In this document: positions 56,757 to 64,000 of the stretch, piece after piece
Layout of the letters: every line of letters starts with the position of its first letter
Numbering within the stretch: the stretch's first letter is position 1
DNA from: Octopus sinensis
Lineage: Eukaryota
NCBI RefSeq assembly: GCF_006345805.1
Contig: NC_043001.1
Location: 96,472,001-96,536,000, forward strand
Direction of reading: 5' to 3'
Length of the DNA: 64,000 nucleotides
Made by a program: the position numbers and the translations under genes
Notes under the pieces: model-generated
Told to the model about the DNA's origin: nothing
Database searches by the model: none
The model's input: the letters and a program-made list of their open reading frames with translations, nothing else

Positions 56757-57836
56757 ACACAAACACACGTATATAGGTAGATAGATATATAGATAAAAAG
56801 ATTGATAGATAAGATATCGATTGATAGATGAATAGATAGATAAACAGATAACCACAGATGTATGTGGATACATACTCAAATATGTACACTCAAGTATATA
56901 TAGAGACGAACAGAGAAATAAGGGAGAAAATTAGAAAGAAACTGAGGATATATATACGTGTATATATATATATATATATGTGTGCGTGTGTGTGTGTGTA
57001 CGTGTGTACATATATACCGCCAGCATGCAAGTGTGCATATATGTCTATATATATACGTGTGTATGTAAATATGTTTGAGCGTGTTTGTACAGCTATCATA
57101 TAAGCGAGTGCATATTTATCTGTGTAAGCATACATGTATGAGAGAGGAAGAAATGTGCATACACATACTCACATACACAGAAAAGAGAAGAAGAGGGACC
57201 CGGTGTGATGGTGCTGTTACAAGATACCAATATTAATAACTATTTTCAACAACTATCAAATTTAGCCAACCATTTTACATACACTGGCTTTTGTAAAAGG
57301 GGTAATAATTTATTACGTTTTTGTGTGTTTAGCATGGAAGTCATTCCTTTCTCATCTTGACTTTCTTTCTTTTTCACACACGCTCTCCTCTCTCTCTGTC
57401 TCTCTTTTTGATTCACGCATTCTATCTCTCTTTTACTCTCTAACTATCTATCTCTCACATTTTAAAATGTTTCTCTTCGTTTTGTTTTGTCTTTATGCAC
57501 TTTTTAAACATTTTCTTTCTTTCATTTTGCTAAATATTTGTACATTGTGCCATCATGAAAAACGTCGATAAATTGAAAAGTTGTGCAAAGTAATTCGAAT
57601 GTTCGCTTCAGTAGATGATCCATTCAGTAGTTGGGAGCCTGAAGCAAAAGTTGACAGTTTTTAGTCAACAGAAATCATGGCTACTTGCTCAATTTTTCGT
57701 TCCACTTGAAATGAGAATCGATGAAATAAATGGTTGCTCAAAGCTGCAACACGGAGATGACTTCCGCTGGTTACATATGTCAAGTATTTCTCTATTGCGT
57801 TTTTCGTATATTGTCCAACGGCCTTCATGTATTTAG

Positions 57837-58106
57837 AATGGTTGTGTGTATATGGACGTATGTATCTACGAACGAATGTACGAATGCGTTCGTGTGGGTT
57901 TATATGCATTAATTTTTATGTACGTTTATGTAGATCTGTATATATGAATCTATTTGTATAACTATGTTTAAAATGGCTGTGTGTATATGGACGTATGTAT
58001 CTACGAACGAATGTATGAAAGCGTTCGTGTGAGTTTATATGCATTAATTTTTATGTGCGTTTATGTAGATCTGTATATATGAATCTATTTGTATAACTAC
58101 GTTTAA
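57837..58106. repeat. 2 x 135-bp tandem duplication
   Basis: aatgg(t/c)tgtgtgtatatggacgtatg...ataacta(t/c)gtttaa is repeated at 57837 and 57972. Confidence 0.9.
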
Positions 58107-58601
58107 AGTTAAGCATGTATATATGTTCATATAGATTTGTGTATATGAGAAAGGCAGAGAGTAAAAATAAAAACGTATAAACACACACACACAGACAGAT
58201 AAATAGACATACACACATATTTATACATACACAGATATTTATACTTACGTATAACTATTTATGTGCAAGTACACACGAATTTGTGTGCTGAGGTTCTTTA
58301 TGTGTATATGTATTTAAATAACTATGTATATGGTTATATGTGCGTATATATGTGTATGTGTAGGAAAGAGAGGGAGAGCGCGGGGGAGAGAGAAGGAGAC
58401 AGAGAGAGTAGAGACATATAAACGCATACTCAAACAAAAATATTCACATACCATATACATACAGTTATTGTCAATATACAGATATACATCCACTTAGATA
58501 TGTGTGTGTGTATCTGAGGCAAAATGTATAAAATGTATGTGGATATATGTGTTTCAGCAGTCACGTGTGTAGATATAGAGACATGTCCATACATACACAC
58601 A

Positions 58602-58721
<120 letters not shown>

Positions 58722-58838
58722 CATATATATGTATATGCATGTATGTATGTGTTTATACAGATGTATCTTTGTATCTATATACATGCATGCGTTGATACCG
58801 GTGTAAATATGTATATATGTGTGGGCGTGTACATGTAT

Positions 58839-58914
<76 letters not shown>

Positions 58915-59489
58915 CAATGGAATCATATAAGAAGGAGAAGGAAGAGGAGGACACGAATGAGTGTTGAATCGTGTCCTGCAAAGACCGCTGCAGGATAAAT
59001 TTTCAAAAATCGCGTCCTACTAAGGAGAGTGTCTCTAACTGCCGTCTCTCTACTCTCAGCAGTGGTTCGTCACCTGTTTGTCAGTAGTTTACTCTGAACA
59101 AATCTAACTAGAGGTGTCTTCCGACTGGCTCTTGTCCACTGCATGTTAAGCGATCACTACATCAATCAAGTAGTTTCGTCCTTGTTTCTGTTTCATTTTT
59201 GTTTTGTTTTATATTTTGCTTTCTTATGATTGATTGGCTTCCCAATATTAGAAAAGTTTTAGGTTGTTCCTGTGTGTTAGATTAAACGTTTTGTATTTGT
59301 TGACTTTTATTTTGTTCTGCTTCATTTTTAAGGCCTCTAGGGCTACTTTGCCAGTCAGTATTCACTAAACAGATTTTTAATCATTTAACATCTGGAATGT
59401 AATTTAGTGTTCACATCTCACCAAGTTATTTACATTCTCGGTAATCCCAAATGTTTCAGAATGACAATGGGCACGAATTGATTTCAAAT

Positions 59490-60240
59490 TTTTGCACAAG
59501 AACAACAAATTCGAGGGGCGGGGGTAAAGTCGATTACATTGTCACCAGTGTTCCGACCCCGAAAAGATGAAAGATAAAGTTGACCTCGGCGGAATTTTGA
59601 GCGCAAGAGGTAAAGATGGACAAAATGCCGCTAAGCATTTCCCTAGCGTGCTAACAATTCTGTCAGCTCTCCACCTTACACCCACATAAATTATAGCCGC
59701 GTCGCATCGTAGAGGTATCCGCAATGCTCTGGAGAACTCTGGTTTAGTGTATGCAGAGTGCTGGCGAGAACCTGTTAACTGTGTTGCCTATGCAGTTTTG
59801 GTTTCCCCGTTGAAAAATTTCCTTGAATACAGTTCTCCTAAATTACAGTCTGTTTCAAATTCCTCTCAACATAGTTTTATTTTTAGTATTAAGGTTTATA
59901 AGTCGTTAGAGCATCTGGAACAATCACTTGCAGTATTCAATCAGATACTGCATAGTGAGTTCAAACCCCACCTCCGAAATTTCTGGTCATGTGCCAAAAT
60001 TTGAAACCAGTATTTTATAGGAGTGCATATGTCGGCGAGCTTGGTGAATCGTCAGCACCCTGGGCAAAATGCTTAGCGGCATTTCGTCCGCCTTTACTCC
60101 CTGTACTCAAATTCTACCGAGGTCGACTTTGTCTATTATCCTTTCGAGGTCAATAAAATAAGTACCAGTTGAGTACTGAGGTCAATGTTATCGACTTAAC
60201 TCACCTCCAAAATTACTGGCCCTTTGCCAAAATTTGACTT
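59490..60240. mobile_element. Cluster of degenerate SINE family A copies in both orientations
   Basis: gtcgattacat..gaccccgaaaagatgaaag (minus) and gcaaaatgcttagcggcatttcgtcc...gtcgacttt (plus). Confidence 0.7.
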
Positions 60241-60590
60241 ACTTTCGAATATGGAAAAGTAACAGGGGAATAAAACTTGAAATAAAGAAGAGCGTTGTAT
60301 ATCGCATTTAAAGCATTTTGAAATAGAAGTAATAGGTTTCTCAACTTTGCATTGATAGAAGCTTTTTTTCTTTCCTTCTACCTTTGTTATTCATGCAATA
60401 AAATTCCAATTAAAACTTCATTCTATGTATTTCTTTGTCTTATAGGCGTAGGAGTGGCTGTGTGGTAAGTAGCTTGCTTACAGGTTGCTTCTGCGCATGT
60501 GCAAGTCAGTGTTGTGCTTGACACCGAAGATGTAAGACGTGTTTTTGAAAGCCATCTTAAATTGAAGACTTTTGAATACTCAGCCGTAAG

Positions 60591-61123
60591 GTAAGAATTT
60601 TGGGGGTTTAGTGGGGACCCGTTGTATGTTGCAGATTATTTTTACAAGCAACAAGTCCTCACTAGGCCCTAGTCTGCCGGAGGCTGAGTGAAAATATTAT
60701 TCTCTTAATTGTGAAAATTATTGGTTTGGTAGGCGTATAGTGCCAAATTTTGTTTGAAAATAGTGTTGTTCCTGTTAAGGAGTACCTAGAAGAAATTTGG
60801 AATGTTTTTTAACTGTTTTACAGTTGTGTTAAATTTTGGCCGGAACGGTGAATTAAGAATTTTTGTTTGAGAATTCTTCTTGTGAATTCTAGTGGGCATA
60901 TCTCGCCAAAAAATAAGAATAAGCCATTTGGATTACCTTTTTGGAGTATTATACAAAATATTCCCTGTCTTTGCTATTTGTGAGATTTTTCTTTTACTTT
61001 TCCCTTCTTCTATTATTTCTTTCTTTCTAAAAATTTTTGGTTCATTCTTTTCATTACTTTAATGTCAGTTTCCTCCCCTCCCCTTTATTTTGTTTCTTTT
61101 TATTCGGTTTAATTTTTTGGCAG
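60591..61123 (+). other. Putative 5'-UTR intron within the ORF1-only element
   Basis: Donor AAG|GTAAGA at 60591. Long polypyrimidine tract ending ttttttggCAG at 61123, 36 nt before the ATG. Confidence 0.5.
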
Positions 61124-61159
61124 ACTGTCTTTTGAACTACTTTTGAACTGTTTTTTTAC

Positions 61160-62174
61160 ATGGCAGAGAAGGAACTTAAAAAGAAAAACTCTGTCTTAGA
61201 GTGGGAAATTAACCCGCCTAAGCAATGGTTAAAAGATATGGAAGAGAAGACGATGGTACTTAGAACATATTCTAAAGTTCTTAATTCCATCACCGTCTTC
61301 CCAAAACAAGTCATAGAAAATGAACTTAAAGAACATTTGTCCTCTGTAAAATATATATCCCGTGGTGTCAAACATGCAACCGTATAGTTACTGTTTGACA
61401 ACGGGGAAAAAGCTCGCCAGTTTGCGAGTCAGCCTTTAGAAGGCAAGGAAATTTTGTTTCTCCCGTCATATTGTGGAAGAAAATTAATACGAGCCTGGGT
61501 ATGTGGGCTCCCCCCAGCACCGAAGCGGATTGGATTGAAGATACCATCCGACGGGGACTGAGGGATGGCGGGCCCAGGCTCTTAAATGTAAGGGTATTGC
61601 CGGCGGTCGATTGGGAAGGGTCAAAAGCGATTTTGACCCTGTAGACCCCATCGGCCGAAACAGAACTGGTTTTTCCAGATTTCTTGAAAATGGCTGGCTG
61701 CAGGTATCCAGTGATACTTGAGGGACGTCCCCCAAAGTGTCACGCGTGCCTGCAGCCAGGCTACATTAAAAGGAACTGCCCCAGGACCATGGTAAGGTCC
61801 TGGAACAGTCACCAGATGCCACCTCCCCTACCCGGTCAAAGGGAGAGGTGGATGTGGTCGAGGAGGCTTCAGCCTCCTCAACTCAAAAAGGATTAAAAAG
61901 GAAGAAGTCGGGCAACTATTGTTGCCCGCCGAAGGAACCTAAGGTTTCGGGAGGCGGGGGAGAGTCTCCGGACAAAGCGGAAGGGCTCCACTCTCCCGAA
62001 GCCAGGAAGAAAAGAAAAAAAAGAAAGAAGAAGAACGGGTTATCTCAGCAGGGAGATGATGTGCCGACTGCATGTCCCGAAGTTGTGCCACCCACGGTGG
62101 AAGAAACCACCCCCACTCTTAAAGATGATCAATTAATTATCTTTTTCTACAAGGGCGGGGAGGTGGAAAAATAG
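61160..62174 (+). pseudogene. Disrupted L1/Tx1-type ORF1 (nucleic-acid-binding protein with zinc knuckle)
   Basis: MAEKELKKK...KHATV*LLFDNGEKARQFASQPL...RAWVCGLPP, frameshift, ...DWIEDTIRRGL...YPVILEGRPPKCHACLQPGYIKRNCP (CX2CX4[H>Y]X4C, tac vs cac), then a basic low-complexity tail (RKKRKKRKKK). Confidence 0.7.
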
Positions 62175-62705
62175 TAGAAAATAGCATTGAAGATAATGAT
62201 GAATATATCGATGGATATACCGAAGAGTAGGAGGTGAAAGACCCTCGTTACAGAGTTTGAAACCTCACCTCATTGGACTATTTTGTAGTGGTTTATAACC
62301 TCAATTTTGTGTTTTAAGAGAGAAAAAAGAAAATATGTTAAGTAAGAGGTTTTAGTGCCTCCTCCTTGTAAAAGGTTCGAAACCTTATATTGATTTAAAA
62401 AAAAAAAGAAAATATGTTTTCGAGAAAAACTCAATCGGCGGGTGTTGGGTTTCGTCTCTCATTTATTCATTATAATTCATTTCATTCATTAATGTGTTTG
62501 TCCAGCCCGCAAAGCTCTTTGTACTGTCTATATGACAAATTTATCAAATAAAGTAGCTTGCTTACGAACCACATGGTTCTGGGTTCAGTCCCACTGCGTG
62601 GCACCTTGGGCAAGTGTCTTCTGCTATTGCCTCGGGCCGATCAAAGCCTTGTGAGTGGATTTGGTAGACGGATACTGAAAGAAGCCCGTCGTATATATGC
62701 ATATA

Positions 62706-63088
62706 TCTCTCTCTATATAAACGGCAGTTTGTCTGTGCGTTTTCTGTGTGTCTGTTTTCTCGTACCCTCACTCTGACCACGGCTTTCAACCGATTCTGAT
62801 GAAACTTGACACACACATAGCCCAATGTCATAATTCAAAACTAACGCAGCGAAAATTTTGAAAAGTTCCCCCAGTTCTGAAAAAAATCGATAAATTCGAC
62901 ATGGGGTCGAGAATCATAAACCCAAACCACAGACCGTCTAGGGGACGCAACTCCACCTTTTTTAACTTTCAAAAAAAATTTACCATCATTTTTTTTCCAT
63001 TTTTTTGCTATTTTTTGGCTATAACTCTCTAAAAATGCTTTATAGTTATTTCCCTTACAAACCTGAGCAACGCCGGGCGATACTGCTA

Positions 63089-63089
<1 letters not shown>
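62706..63089 (+). mobile_element. Non-autonomous Helitron inserted in the SINE's TA tract
   Basis: A|TC start (tctctctctatataaacggc), subterminal hairpin cc(t)gagcaacgccggg and 3' CTAG|T. Confidence 0.8.
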
Positions 63090-63154
<65 letters not shown>

Positions 63155-64000
63155 ATTGTGTGTGTGTTTGTGTCTGTGTCTGTGTATGTCCCCCTACATC
63201 ACTTGACAACCGATGCTGGTGTGTTTACGTCCCCTTAATTTAGCGGTTCGGCAAAAGAGACCGATAGAATAAGTACTAGGCTTACAAAGAATAAGTCCTA
63301 GGGTCGATTTGCTCGACTAAAGGCGGTACTCCAGCATGGCCACTGTCAAATGACTGAAACATGTAAAAGAGTAAAAGAGGGTAAAGAGTTAGTTCATTAA
63401 ATAGGTTTGACAAAACGACTCCAGCATCCAGTGTAGTCCTGCATCTTCCCTGGTCTTTCTTGAAGGTGATACGCTGCCTTCTTCGGTCTCCTTCTACTTT
63501 TTTATCCGTCTATGGAATACGCTTTTGTCGGAAAATTAAAGTAGGATGGAGGAGAAAAACGATTGAGAATCACTGCATTAAGCGTTTACTCGCAGATCTG
63601 CATTGTGCGACTATGAGGATCCAGTTCTTCCATTAACCAAATTATCTACTCCTGAGTATTATACAGATGTAATTCATATTAAGGATGAGTGTGACAAAGC
63701 TGTACCTGTTGGTTACAGGTAAATACACCCGACACGCATCTATACAGTTTCAGTCTACGCAACTTTAAGTAACATTGTGTGGGTCGACTCGAAGTAATAG
63801 AAATTTATATTTGCCCAATGCCATATAGTCGGATCGAAGCCGGGACCTCATCATTGCGAAGCAAACTTCTTAACCATTTGGCCAAGCACGAAGCATATGA
63901 GGAAGTACAAACAGCAATGGCATACAGCAGCAGCAGCAGCAGGTGCAACAGCAGCAGCGGCTTTAATGATTTCTATCAACGATACAAGGCCACCCATTTT

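Larger units (their letters stand above)
60482..62550 (+). mobile_element. 2.07-kb ORF1-only (half-L1/HAL1-like, Tx1/L1-type) retroelement with 15-bp TSD
   Basis: Exact TSD aagtagcttgcttac at 60467-60481 and 62551-62565. Contains a disrupted gag-like ORF1 and no RT or endonuclease motifs. The 3' end is AT-rich with aataaa overlapping the TSD. Confidence 0.75.
60445..63389 (+). mobile_element. SINE family B copy split by two nested insertions
   Basis: Head at 60445-60481 resumes at 62551-62705, and the body and tail run 63090-63389. Confidence 0.85.

Overview
This is a very AT-rich, repeat-saturated eukaryotic intronic or intergenic window. The tRNA-derived SINE families and dense (TA)n/(CA)n/(GA)n/(TAA)n/(GAA)n/(TATC)n microsatellites look like a coleoid cephalopod, probably Octopus (inference from recall, not verified). 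I found no host protein-coding exon I can support, and most listed ORFs are microsatellite read-throughs. Supported content: (1) dozens of copies of at least three tRNA-derived SINE families, including an ~11-copy array at 33-35.3 kb; (2) a 5'-truncated, disrupted R4/Dong-type RLE LINE (36998-40086, minus) inside (TAA)n, beside two copies of a ~550-bp (TAA)n-embedded non-coding element; (3) degenerate RTE-like LINE remnants; (4) non-autonomous Helitrons and a Tc1/pogo-like MITE; (5) Penelope-type minimal hammerhead motifs with non-canonical cores; (6) three long fold-back palindromes at 6.4-8.7 kb; (7) a 2.07-kb element (60482-62550) with an exact 15-bp TSD, a putative 5'-UTR intron and only an L1/Tx1-like ORF1 (half-L1-like), inserted in the tRNA-derived head of a SINE. 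Item 7 is the most unusual feature. All alignments and folds were done by eye, so coordinates of degenerate repeats are approximate. Single-base irregularities in the microsatellites suggest long-read consensus noise, so some frameshifts may be assembly errors.
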